DNA of 64,000 nucleotides from Candidatus Obscuribacterales bacterium (lineage in GTDB: Bacteria > Cyanobacteriota > Vampirovibrionia > Obscuribacterales > Obscuribacteraceae), in the NCBI GenBank assembly GCA_965228855.1, contig CBDDIJ010000003.1, positions 224,001-288,000 on the forward strand, written 5' to 3'. A program made the position numbers and the translations under genes. The notes under the pieces are model-generated. The model searched no databases. It was not told where the DNA came from and saw only the letters and a list, made by a program, of their open reading frames with translations. Positions 11,090-21,144 of the stretch are shown piece by piece; the stretch's first letter is position 1, and each line of letters begins with the position of its first letter.

Positions 11090-11195
11090 GTCGGTCATAG
11101 CTTCGGAACTGTCGTTCGGCGAGATGATGTACCCCTGGAATTATCCAGGTAAACTAGCCCAGATGGGTGAGGTATAAAATTCTCGCATGTGGTAA

Positions 11196-11912
11196 ATGGA
11201 TTGGAGTAGTCCCGATATACCTGCTATTGACACCATGAGTGAACAAATGGCTAAACCTTTAGACCTCCCAAGTAAGCACTTCCCGACGAAAACGGCCGCA
11301 ACAAAATTTTTTAGCGAAATGCTGAGCCGATATGACGATGGCGATGAGATATCGGATGAGGATGGGGAATTGCTGTTTGAATTACTACAAAGGCATCCTG
11401 AAGTTGAATCAAAATTAGGAGCATCGGGGGTGCGCCGATTTTATAAAGATAGAACGGAAATGGGTACAAGTGGTTTTTTTCTTGAGCGTTACGATGGCAG
11501 CGTGACGGACTTTTCACTTAAATCATGTATTGATGGAAGAGCTCCCTCACAAGAGCAGGAATTTTCACAAGCGTGCAGAGAGGCGGTGTCAAAAAAATTG
11601 ACCGCCCAAAAAAGTGAGTTGTTTAGCAAGTCGGGTGGGACATTGCGATGCGCTGTTACCGGTGAACTTGTAACAATTTCGAATTCGGAATATCAACACG
11701 ACATGCCCACCTTTAAAGAATTAGTCGAGTCATTTATCGAAGCAAACCAAATTGACGTTAGCAGCGTCGAGATTTCTAAAAGCAAAGATATGCAGTTCAT
11801 AGCGTCGTTCATTGACCCGAAGGTTTCTGAGTCTTTTAGGTCATTCCACGAGGCAAACGCAAAAATGATTGTGACGAAGAAGTTCTTTCGGAGAACAGCG
11901 AGTAAGGAATGA
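11196..11912 (+). CDS. hamC: DUF3223/DCL-family protein, Hachiman type II HamC-like
   Basis: LLQRHPEVESKLG..GV....F...R.DGS.TDFS...C DUF3223 signature; directly upstream of hamAB; true start may be 11235 or 11247. Confidence 0.75.
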   Translation: MDWSSPDIPAIDTMSEQMAKPLDLPSKHFPTKTAATKFFSEMLSRYDDGDEISDEDGELLFELLQRHPEVESKLGASGVRRFYKDRTEMGTSGFFLERYDGSVTDFSLKSCIDGRAPSQEQEFSQACREAVSKKLTAQKSELFSKSGGTLRCAVTGELVTISNSEYQHDMPTFKELVESFIEANQIDVSSVEISKSKDMQFIASFIDPKVSESFRSFHEANAKMIVTKKFFRRTASKE

Positions 11913-11937
11913 ACTAGCTAGCTTATCTGGAAGGAAA

Positions 11938-12732
11938 ATGACTGAAGACAATTTTCCAATTAAGAACGCAGAGGCAGTCACCGAGCCGTATTGGGATGCG
12001 TGGCTAAACATGCACGCTGATAAAAATGTGATTGTCTTCTCTGAGAAAATTGGAGCTCGAGACTCTCAGAGAAGAGCGATCATTAAGGCTGTTGCAGATC
12101 ATTTTACGAGCATTCATCGGCTGGAGGCCGCTATTTCCCGATTGGGATTCGCCCGCTCAGTTAGCGTACTGCGGAATTCAATACCGTCAGATATCAAAAT
12201 TCAGTCCGGTGATCTCGGGGAAATTCTCTGCACGGAATACATAATTCAAAAGACGAAGTTTCGAGTTCCTGTCAAGAAGCTTCGATGGAAGGATGATCGT
12301 AATTTAGCGATGAGAGGAAATGATGTTCTTGCTTTTGGTCTGAGGCAGACCCGAAAATTAGTTTTAAAAGTTGAGTCTAAAAGTCGTGCGAGCTTACATG
12401 CGAGTACGATTGTGGAAGCTGAAGAAGGGCTATTTAAAAATGATGGGCGGCCGAATCCAAGCTCGATCGCGTTTATTGTGAACAGGCTTGAAGAAGAGGG
12501 ACGATATGCTGAATCTGACTTCGTATCGTCACTCCTACAGAATGATTTTTCTCTGAAGAACATTGAGCATATGATTTTTGTTCTGTCGGGAACGCCACCT
12601 AAGAAGGTGTTTGATAAATGTCAAACAGAAAATCAGAAAGGCATCACACGATTTTTGGTGGGGGTGCACGTTGAAGGACATCAGGACTTTGTCGCGCAAA
12701 TATTCTCGGAGTGCGTAAATGGAGCGTTTTGA
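11938..12732 (+). CDS. hamA: Hachiman HamA (DUF1837) nuclease
   Basis: SGDLGEIL, KLRWKDDRNLAMRGND and ESK PD-(D/E)xK-like motifs; overlaps the helicase start. Confidence 0.85.
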   Translation: MTEDNFPIKNAEAVTEPYWDAWLNMHADKNVIVFSEKIGARDSQRRAIIKAVADHFTSIHRLEAAISRLGFARSVSVLRNSIPSDIKIQSGDLGEILCTEYIIQKTKFRVPVKKLRWKDDRNLAMRGNDVLAFGLRQTRKLVLKVESKSRASLHASTIVEAEEGLFKNDGRPNPSSIAFIVNRLEEEGRYAESDFVSSLLQNDFSLKNIEHMIFVLSGTPPKKVFDKCQTENQKGITRFLVGVHVEGHQDFVAQIFSECVNGAF

Positions 12733-15700
12733 ACAGCTTTCAGATTCTCTGCGACAACTCACGTCACAAAGTGCCCGCGATAACCTCTTGGCTAAAGGGC
12801 TTTCGAGGGGGCTAATTTGGAATCAAGGGATTTTGCCGGATGGAGCTCCCAATTACGGTCCTCTACTTACCGGAAATTTGTTGGATTATGGTTATTCAAT
12901 CCTGACGAAAGCAATTCACCTTTTAACTTCAGGCAAAGAGACGATCCTCGCTAAAGAATCAATGCGGTATGCTGCGGAATGTATTGAATCGGCGGTTCGG
13001 CGAGGTCCATCTGAAACTCTAAATGGATTCAACCTTTTAGTCTCCGCCAGCGCATTTCATATTGCGGGGTATGCTGCTCGTTCATATTGCCTCCTAGAGG
13101 GAGACATCGGAACGCAAAATCTGTCATCGATTGAGCGTTTTTTTAAATTGCTTCTTCGTAAGGAACTGGGCGAATTGCGAATTCGGTCGTATGAGTTTCT
13201 GCGCGTCGAAGCAAGTCAGGATGCCGGACTTTCCGAAGTCCTGTCAACGCCAGATTCGCAAAGGTCAATGGATATAGTTGACGTTTTGATTGTAGCCCTG
13301 TCTAGAAACTATGTAACTGCTGTTGCGGGCTTCGATTACGCACTGCGGTTTGGTGACAAGAGTGAGTTTACCAGCTCGCTAGCACTCCTTTCCTCGGGAC
13401 TAGAGAGCTGCAATCTGGCTGCGCATGTTCCGCAATGGTGGATTCACAAACTCACAATTCTGGTAATGGAGGATCTTTGGCAAAACACGCTGCATGAATG
13501 TCTTCCCGATCCACAGGGCGACCCTAACTGGTCAACAATTCGTCGGAAGTTTATCTCGGTTCAAGCTTCTCGAAACTTATCCGAAGTCGGTCTTTGGCCA
13601 TCGCAAATACAAGCGGCTCTTCGGACTTTTGATGAAACGGATGATTTGGTTGTATCCCTTCCAACAAGCGCGGGTAAAACTAAAATTGCAGAACTCTGTA
13701 TTCTCCGCTCGCTTTCCTTGGGAAAGCGAGCAATTTACGTTACACCACTTCGCGCCTTATCCGCACAAATTGAAAGGAGACTGGCGCGGTCATTTAGACC
13801 TCTAAATTTTAGCGTCTCATCACTCTACGGTGCGAGCGGAGTGGCGGGAATGGACATTAGCACTTTGAAAAAGGATCATGTTGTGGTGGCAACTCCGGAA
13901 AAGTTAGACTTCGCGCTCCGTCAGGACCCAAGCGTGTTGGATGACGTAGGGGTTGTTGTGCTCGACGAAGGTCATATGATCGGCTTAGGGAACCGCGAAA
14001 TACGTTACGAGGTGCTGGTCCAGCGACTACTAAGGCGGACGGACTCAGAGTACCGTCGAATTGTCTGCTTGTCTGCTATTTTCTCAAGCGGCGAATCTTT
14101 CCGTGACTTTACTGAATGGTTGCGATCTGACGCGGCCGGCACTGCGGTTCACTCTAGTTGGCAGCCGACTAGACGCAGAGTGGCTACTCTCCGATGGTTT
14201 GAACGAAGTGGCAAACTAGATTTTTACCAGGATGCTGATTTTGATGAGGCGTTCATCCCGCGATTTTTGACGCAGTCTACTCCGTCAAGAGGATTACGCA
14301 AATTGCCGTTTCCTCAGGATCAAGCTGAATTGACGATTAAGACAACATTTCGACTTGTTGAGTCCGGTCATAAGGTTTTGGTTTATTGCCCGCAAAAGAG
14401 ATACGTCGAATCGTTAGGGCGGCTAATCGTGAAGCTGTACAAGCAACACCTCATTCCCGATCTGCTGACCAATCGACAAGCAATTTCGAAAGCTGAAATT
14501 ATTGGACACGAATGGTTAGGAGAAAACCACATAGCTCTTCAATGTTTGCGACTCGGAATAGGAATTCATCATGGTTCTTTACCTAGACCATTTCTCGCTG
14601 AAGTGGAACAGTTGCTTGATATGAAAGCCTTACCGATAGTCATTGCGTCACCAACGATGGCGCAGGGTGTTGATCTAACTTGTAGCGCTATAGTTTTTCA
14701 TTCGATCTATTCCTTCGGAGATCGAGTAATGAGCAACGTGGATTACGCTAACGTGATCGGTCGCGTGGGTAGAGCATTCGTTGATATAGACGGTTTAGTT
14801 GTTTTTCCGCTTTTTAGACCAAAGATTACTAAGCTTAGACAATTAGATCGGCTGGTCACGAGCGTTGATAAACGTGATATGGAAAGCGGTTTAGTGCAGC
14901 TCATCGAGAGTCTGATTTTTAGATTACAAAGGCACTTCAATTTTGATAGCGCTGAATTCATCGACTACATACTCAATTCGCACCAGTTCTCCTGGCGCGT
15001 GGACGAAGAAACTGAAGAAGAAGAAACGCCGTTCTCAGAACTCTTGGATAGCTTCGACAATGCAATATTGTCCACGATAGAGGATTTGGATACAGACGTT
15101 CACAATTTAGCCGCATTACTTGATCAAGCGCTTCATCAGAGCCTTTGGGAGAGAAGAGCAGGACGCAAAGGTGATGAATTTTTATCGAGGCAGCGGGCAA
15201 TGTTGATTGCGCGTTCGAATTGGATTTGGACCAACTCTTCAGGATCGCAGAGAAGAGGTTTCTTTTCCGCGGGTATTGGATTCCAAGCCGGTCAGGTAAT
15301 TGACCAAAATCTCAATGCGCTGGTGTCATTACTGTTAGCGGCTGACAATGCGCTGGCAACCGGTGACATCGAATTGTACTCAACCTCGCTCCAAGCCTTC
15401 GCCGATATCGTCCTTGAACAATATCCTTTTTCTAGATCTAACAGAACAGCAAAATGGAAATCGGTTCTTCAGTTTTGGTTGACTGGAGCTTCGCTCGCTC
15501 CATTGAATGGAGAGACTGACTTGATTGCCTGCATACAAGAAGATTTCGTTTATCGTCTAGTCTGGGCACTGGAAGCCGTTCGAACTTATGCGCGCGAGCA
15601 AGGACTATTACAACTCGATTCGCTTTCTGGAAATCTACCATTGACGGTAATGTATGGAGTACCTTCGAAAGCTGCCGCTACTCTGCAGAAGGTGGGATTA

Positions 15701-16084
15701 CCATCAAGACTTACGGCGCAAAAACTTTTGCTTCTGTATCCAGCACCCCAGCTGGAAAGTTTTTTTGATGTACATCAATGGATATCACAGATTGAGGTAA
15801 ATCCGTTCGCCAGCGAGGACAGCGAATTTAGACTATTTGAGGACTTTGTTTCGGAGTTTCGCGATAAGGATTTTTTTGAGTCACGCGAGAAAACCTGGAG
15901 ACTAACTTTATCTGGTCTATCTGGTAGCAAAGTAAACTTTGTTCCAGATGGAGAGAATACGATTTTGGTTTCGAGCACCATGGATTTTCTTGGTCGGTTT
16001 AAGCTTGACGTCCGCAACTTAGCAATTTTTGAAGTTCAACAAAACATTGAAGACGAACTTATCGTGCGTTCCTTAAGAATATAG
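12719..16084 (+). CDS. hamB: Hachiman HamB Ski2-like SF2 helicase
   Basis: Walker A LPTSAGKT, TPEK, DEGH, LSA, HHGSLP, TMAQGVD and GRVGR motifs; 1121 aa, uninterrupted. Confidence 0.88.
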   Translation: MERFEQLSDSLRQLTSQSARDNLLAKGLSRGLIWNQGILPDGAPNYGPLLTGNLLDYGYSILTKAIHLLTSGKETILAKESMRYAAECIESAVRRGPSETLNGFNLLVSASAFHIAGYAARSYCLLEGDIGTQNLSSIERFFKLLLRKELGELRIRSYEFLRVEASQDAGLSEVLSTPDSQRSMDIVDVLIVALSRNYVTAVAGFDYALRFGDKSEFTSSLALLSSGLESCNLAAHVPQWWIHKLTILVMEDLWQNTLHECLPDPQGDPNWSTIRRKFISVQASRNLSEVGLWPSQIQAALRTFDETDDLVVSLPTSAGKTKIAELCILRSLSLGKRAIYVTPLRALSAQIERRLARSFRPLNFSVSSLYGASGVAGMDISTLKKDHVVVATPEKLDFALRQDPSVLDDVGVVVLDEGHMIGLGNREIRYEVLVQRLLRRTDSEYRRIVCLSAIFSSGESFRDFTEWLRSDAAGTAVHSSWQPTRRRVATLRWFERSGKLDFYQDADFDEAFIPRFLTQSTPSRGLRKLPFPQDQAELTIKTTFRLVESGHKVLVYCPQKRYVESLGRLIVKLYKQHLIPDLLTNRQAISKAEIIGHEWLGENHIALQCLRLGIGIHHGSLPRPFLAEVEQLLDMKALPIVIASPTMAQGVDLTCSAIVFHSIYSFGDRVMSNVDYANVIGRVGRAFVDIDGLVVFPLFRPKITKLRQLDRLVTSVDKRDMESGLVQLIESLIFRLQRHFNFDSAEFIDYILNSHQFSWRVDEETEEEETPFSELLDSFDNAILSTIEDLDTDVHNLAALLDQALHQSLWERRAGRKGDEFLSRQRAMLIARSNWIWTNSSGSQRRGFFSAGIGFQAGQVIDQNLNALVSLLLAADNALATGDIELYSTSLQAFADIVLEQYPFSRSNRTAKWKSVLQFWLTGASLAPLNGETDLIACIQEDFVYRLVWALEAVRTYAREQGLLQLDSLSGNLPLTVMYGVPSKAAATLQKVGLPSRLTAQKLLLLYPAPQLESFFDVHQWISQIEVNPFASEDSEFRLFEDFVSEFRDKDFFESREKTWRLTLSGLSGSKVNFVPDGENTILVSSTMDFLGRFKLDVRNLAIFEVQQNIEDELIVRSLRI

Positions 16085-16098
16085 AGGGAGGAGGCGTT

Positions 16099-16464
16099 AT
16101 GACAGAAGAACAGCCGCTGTTTGGAACTACGTCTAAGTTTTCTCAAGCATATCCGGAAATCAAAACGTTAAAAATTACTGTCGCTCAAGATGCAGCTGGC
16201 TACTACAGCCGCGGTAACCATCGACAGTCCAGTACGTTCAATGAATCAAATGTGAGAGGCAAGCTGCAATGCTGCAACTCTGCCTGCCAACGTGGCGGGA
16301 TCAACCTAGATAGTTTCATTCGACGAGCGACAAGGGATAGAGCCGCGGAGCTGTCAGATTCGGCTGTTTGCTGTGGAGACGAGGGCTCACCTAAAGGTAA
16401 AAGGGAAGGAAAACCCTGCATGAATTTCTTCGAAATCACGGCAGAGATCACTTATCGTGATTGA
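16099..16464 (+). CDS. Small Cys-rich hypothetical protein (possible Zn binding)
   Basis: Strong RBS GGGAGGAGG; starts 14 nt after the hamB stop; CCNSAC...CCGDEGSPKG...C. Confidence 0.75.
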   Translation: MTEEQPLFGTTSKFSQAYPEIKTLKITVAQDAAGYYSRGNHRQSSTFNESNVRGKLQCCNSACQRGGINLDSFIRRATRDRAAELSDSAVCCGDEGSPKGKREGKPCMNFFEITAEITYRD

Positions 16465-16640
16465 TTTAGCCGCTTCGAGTATCGGAAAACAAAATGAAAA
16501 GGACGATTCTTTGCCTGATGCTACTGCCGCCAATCAAGGACGGCAAGTTTGATCATTGATTACAGGCTGGACCACTGGGCAAGCGCGATGATTTACTGTA
16601 AATTCATGCTCGTAAATCAAACTCGCAGCGCGGGGGGGTA

Positions 16641-17492
16641 ATGTCTTCAGAATTCAACGATGAGGTCGAAAGCGTCACTTTTGATGAGTGTCAAGCGTTC
16701 TTCATCACGTGGCTGCAAAACAAACTTAACACCGGCAATTGGATGGGTGGTGGCGACTATGATTTTACGCTCAGCCAAGTCTTTGAATCGTTCCTGTCGA
16801 AACGAGGACTGCAGCCACAAAGTGATTGGCAGAAAAGTTTTGTTCAAGGACGCATTGGAAAAAGGTTTCAAGATGCCGCATGGTCATTGGCAATCAGAGG
16901 AGTAGTCAGACCAACCCGGTCTACACTTCTGCAAACCGTTGTACAGACCCACGTTTTTGAGGGGTACTCACTCACCAACGCCGGAATGAGCTGGCTAAAA
17001 AACGAGGGTACAAGCCTTGTCGCTCAAGGTCCTCAACAGATGATAGTCGTGTTTTCGCAGTTTGAAGAAATTTTTGGAAGCGAGTATTTCTTGAGAGCTC
17101 GTGAGGCCGTCAATTCGTTCAATGGACATTGCTACCTTGCGTGTTGCGTAATGTGTGGCGCAGCGGCCGAAGCCATACTACTTTCATTAGCCTCCGCATC
17201 ATACAGTAGCCGCGCTGAAGCCGAAAAAATTTATTTTGGAAAATCTGGGCGCGACAGAATATTCAGGAGGCTTACAGATCAAAAATCTAACTCTGTGCAG
17301 ACGGCGATCGGCAGTGCCTTTAGCATCTTGAAACACTGGCGCGACGAATCATCGCACGGCGCTACGACTGATTCCAGCCGAGACCAAGCAGAAGTGGCAC
17401 TTCGGACGCTCTTAGCTTTCGCTCAAACAGCAGAAAAAAATCGAGATTTTTTGATTAAACCACCCAGTAGCAGTTCACAAAATCAACAGTAA
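16641..17492 (+). CDS. Putative HEPN (DUF4145-like) domain protein with wHTH-like N-terminus
   Basis: EAVNSF...YLACCVMCGAAAE helix and Rx4H motif RDESSH. Confidence 0.65.
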   Translation: MSSEFNDEVESVTFDECQAFFITWLQNKLNTGNWMGGGDYDFTLSQVFESFLSKRGLQPQSDWQKSFVQGRIGKRFQDAAWSLAIRGVVRPTRSTLLQTVVQTHVFEGYSLTNAGMSWLKNEGTSLVAQGPQQMIVVFSQFEEIFGSEYFLRAREAVNSFNGHCYLACCVMCGAAAEAILLSLASASYSSRAEAEKIYFGKSGRDRIFRRLTDQKSNSVQTAIGSAFSILKHWRDESSHGATTDSSRDQAEVALRTLLAFAQTAEKNRDFLIKPPSSSSQNQQ

Positions 17493-17899
17493 GCCACGAC
17501 TAGCCTGCTAGGTTGGTCTTCAAGGCCACTCTGCAAACGCTCCTGATTTGCACTTCATACTGTTGTTGAAAATTTATGAGTTTCTTCAAGCTAAAACCAC
17601 CGACACTTTGCCCCAATTATTTGACCCTCAAAATGTTGCCATGCTTCGAAATCGTGATCTATCAAATTTGACATGGGACCCCTGGCGTCCGCTATTCGGC
17701 AGCCGCCGCAGCGAGCGTGCGCGCCAGTCTTGCTCGAATGCAAAATTTGTTCGGCGCGCTCGTGGCTGCGGGCAGTCCAGCTTAGCAGACGCCGAACCAT
17801 GTCAAATTTCTAGACCAGCATCGAGATCCGGTAGCACCGCAGTTAGTACTACCGTTCTTTATGTTTTTCTTGAGATTTACACTTGCGCAGAATCGATTG

Positions 17900-18839
17900 T
17901 CAATGAATATCTGTTTGTGCTTGTTCCATCGCATCACGAACTGGATCCGACATCAAGCGAGAATAGATTTGCGTCGCTGCAATTGTCTTGTGTCCGAGTG
18001 CCTCGCGATCACAGGCAAGCTTTGGTTTCCCGTCGCCATGTAACTCGCTAATGTGCGACGAAGATCATGCAATCGAAGGTCTTCGAATTGCGCATCCTCT
18101 AAAAGTTTGTTCCAGGGGCGTTTCGGTTCCACTAAGTGTTGACCCTGATTGTTTCCTTGAAACACCCAAGGTCCATCAGCTTTCTCCAGTCGCTCTCGAA
18201 GTATCTTCAAAGCATTCGATGTTAACGGCACTACCATCGTCTCTTTGTTTTTTGATAACCTCGGCGGAATTCTCCAAATCCGTAGATTCAGATCGATGTG
18301 GAGCGCTTTGAAAATCTGACCAGTTCATTCGGAGTGAGAAATCGTTCGCGCGGCTGGATGCGAATTGTTTTGACACCGCTCCACGGATTGTCTCCGGTAA
18401 TAATTTCGTTTCTCAGGTTCCAATTCATGATCGACTGCATAATATGATCATGTTATTTGCTGCGCCAAGACCGTTCACATCGAGCACTTCGCGAGCACCT
18501 TTGCCGAGCATATCCTTCCATATAATTATTGTAGAGATCTTCAATTGTTGGTTCCGCCGCGATCACTCGGGCCGCCTGCTGCGGGTGCTTGCCATCAGCG
18601 ATCTCCGCGAGAATCTTCGCCGCTTTCTTCCGTGCTTCTTCTACAGAAACGTCGGGAAATCTTCCGATATGAACTCGCGCGCTTTTTTCGTTGAATTTTC
18701 GGCGAACGTAGAAAACCTTATTGGCCGACGATACCCGCAGCATCAAATTATGTTGATACTCGTCGTAGTAGCAATCTCTTTCTTTTGTCGGCGCTTCGAT
18801 TTGTTCGATTGCGCGTTTTGTGAAATTGATTGTGGTCAT
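17900..18839 (-). pseudogene. P4-type tyrosine integrase pseudogene
   Basis: Arm-binding N-terminus (MTTINFTKRAIEQI...HIGRFPDVSVEEARKKA); RERFLTPNEL; LRLHDLRRT; frameshifted LGH...TQIY; box I (catalytic Arg) segment missing. Confidence 0.88.
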
Positions 18840-19039
18840 AGTTTTTGTCCTGTGATTTAGGTTGAAGCGACCCAAGGTCTATATCACCGTGGGTCAGGCT
18901 GGGCCCCTTAGTCAGAATTTTGAGAAACACTCAGTGCCATTGATGATACTCCGAAACCCGCATGAGAAGCCATCGTATAAGTGACTTCCTCAAGCGAATA
19001 AAGGTTCCCCGCAGACGCAATAAATACGGTCAGGACCGT

Positions 19040-19057
19040 TTTCGTAAACCGTAGGTC
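19040..19057 (+). repeat. attR-like copy of the tRNA-Thr anticodon region
   Basis: Exact 18-bp match to 10143-10160. Confidence 0.85.
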
Positions 19058-19177
19058 TCAGGGCTCTCAAGGTATCCAGCGGCTGCGTATGCTCCAGTAT
19101 TGCTAGCCGGAATCTGGGTCTTCGTCTGCGAGCGTTTACCGGAGTCCAGAGACCGGCCTTAAGGCGGCATAGTTAAA

Positions 19178-19735
19178 TCATTTCTGGGTCGCTAGGTATT
19201 TTTCCCGGAGAGAGACAAGAACTCCAAATACCAACAGGCAAAATATGGGTGCAACTAAAAAGTGGAATGCGATCCAGAGTAGGAAAAGTACGCGTTCGAA
19301 TCCGCAAAAGAGCTTGTACTCAAAGTTTGGTGGCACTTCGCTGTCGGTTTGACCTGCGAGCATGCCCCATGTGAACGAAACCAAAAACACAGATGCAATC
19401 GTAATGAACACACTTTTCGAGAAGCACCAGTAGAATATGCTTCGGTTTCCCATCTCATCCATTTTTGCAAGTATTAGCGCTATCGCCATGCACGTGAATA
19501 CTAAGACAAAACCATTATCAAAAAGGAAAAATCTTATCGCCTTGAGAAGATGGGCTTGGACGTGAAGTGGCATCATATCTGGTGTTGCATTGGCAAACCA
19601 AGGAATATTCCATACATCGGTAACGCTAGAATATTCCAGATTGACTAGAGAACCGACTAACAAGCCGAGGAGAGCCGCGATGAAATGTCTTGGTCTCACA
19701 GTCGCTACCTCCAAAGCAGAGCAGGCCTCATTCAT
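19178..19735 (-). CDS. Hypothetical membrane protein
   Basis: 185-aa ORF with about 4 hydrophobic segments. Confidence 0.6.
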   Translation of the reverse strand: MNEACSALEVATVRPRHFIAALLGLLVGSLVNLEYSSVTDVWNIPWFANATPDMMPLHVQAHLLKAIRFFLFDNGFVLVFTCMAIALILAKMDEMGNRSIFYWCFSKSVFITIASVFLVSFTWGMLAGQTDSEVPPNFEYKLFCGFERVLFLLWIAFHFLVAPIFCLLVFGVLVSLREKYLATQK

Positions 19736-19949
19736 TGCTTACGATTTCTGACGTAGCCAACGCAACACAATTCTAGCGTAACTCATTTTCGAACGAACGA
19801 AGCCCATCGTGATTCAACTCCGGGAGTTTGTGGAGAAAGGTTGACCTCCTCGACCAGAGGATTTTCAGTTTGCGACAATAAATCGACCGCCATGCGTCGG
19901 CGCAGAAGTCTGGTTAGAATATAAATGTCGCAGCCGCAGCAGGTGAAGC

Positions 19950-20951
19950 ATGAGTCGCAATCCATCAATGAGCGAGGAAGACTGGCGATGGTTTGAGCTG
20001 TGGCGGGTCGCCGATGGGCTCTCCGAGGCAGAAGTCGAAGCACTGGAACAACAGATTCGCGACGACCCACTCAACATGGATGCAAGAGTCCGGTTGTTTG
20101 GCTACTTCAGTCGTTATGAAGGAAACAAACTGAAGCGCAAAGACGCGGACCGAAAACTGTACGAGAGTGTTTTGTGGTTTATAGAGAATAAGCCTGCGGC
20201 GACTGGTTTTCTCGGGACTCGCCTGATGGGGAGCGGTCGCTCGCTTAAACCGAAAACCTTCGGCGCATTGCGTCAAGCTTGGCTTGAACAGGTCGAGGAG
20301 TTTTCGATGGACGGCACGGTTCTGGGTAATGCCGGAATGTTCATTGGGTGGAACGACTTCGAGACAGGTTCGGCACTCATTGAGCGCGCTTACCAACTGC
20401 AACCGGCGGAAAACTGGCTGGGATTCTTTATTAGCATAATTGCTCTGGAACTTTGGACGTCTCCTGAACTCTACAAAGACAGAATGCGGGAGTACATTAT
20501 CGATGTTGGACTGCGCTCTCTCCGAACAGAATCCGGAGGCGCGCCGTCGATGACGTGTCAGTACGTGTCGAATGCGGCTCTCTGTCTTGGGCGCCTGGAT
20601 GATGTTCGCACTTGCATCGATTATCTGCGTGAGGAAACCCATCCACAATGCGACCAGCTTGCGAACGTTTATGAGGGCTTGGTTGCGCTGAGAGAAAATA
20701 AAAGAGATCGTGCGATTGAATCGCTGCTGGTGATGAAGCCTGGTTACGAGGCGCAGGCGGTGGCCTTTTGTTTGGCGAGCGAATTGTTTGAGCTGGGGGA
20801 GCGCGAATCGATTACTCGTTTCATCGAAAATTTGGAGGGCAAAATCAAGGAGCCCGATCGGAATCTTTGGCTGGAGCAGGTGGCAAAAGATGAACGACCA
20901 GATTTTGCATCTGTGTTTCCACAGCTGAGGCGGGAAGTCCACAGTTTATAA
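19950..20951 (+). CDS. Hypothetical alpha-helical (TPR-like) protein
   Basis: 333-aa ORF with an AGGTG RBS and amphipathic helical repeats. Confidence 0.7.
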   Translation: MSRNPSMSEEDWRWFELWRVADGLSEAEVEALEQQIRDDPLNMDARVRLFGYFSRYEGNKLKRKDADRKLYESVLWFIENKPAATGFLGTRLMGSGRSLKPKTFGALRQAWLEQVEEFSMDGTVLGNAGMFIGWNDFETGSALIERAYQLQPAENWLGFFISIIALELWTSPELYKDRMREYIIDVGLRSLRTESGGAPSMTCQYVSNAALCLGRLDDVRTCIDYLREETHPQCDQLANVYEGLVALRENKRDRAIESLLVMKPGYEAQAVAFCLASELFELGERESITRFIENLEGKIKEPDRNLWLEQVAKDERPDFASVFPQLRREVHSL

Positions 20952-21144
20952 ACGTATGAGTTGATTTGTAATCTGAGATGGTACCGCTGGTAGTGTCGCA
21001 TTCGGTCAGACCTTTTTGACGCTGGCGGACTGACCTGATGTCGCAAGTATGTTAGCGTTATCCAAGCCGCATAGAAGTGGCACGGTATTGTCGTTAAGAT
21101 GGGCATATATATTAAATTAGAGGCAAGATTTCAGGTTCACATCG

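Noticed and set aside
17548..18051. 167-aa plus-strand ORF
   Set aside because: TTG start, no motif, and it overlaps the integrase pseudogene on the opposite strand
19965..20942. 325-aa minus-strand ORF
   Set aside because: Antisense shadow of the 19950-20951 gene, with atypical composition and no motifs
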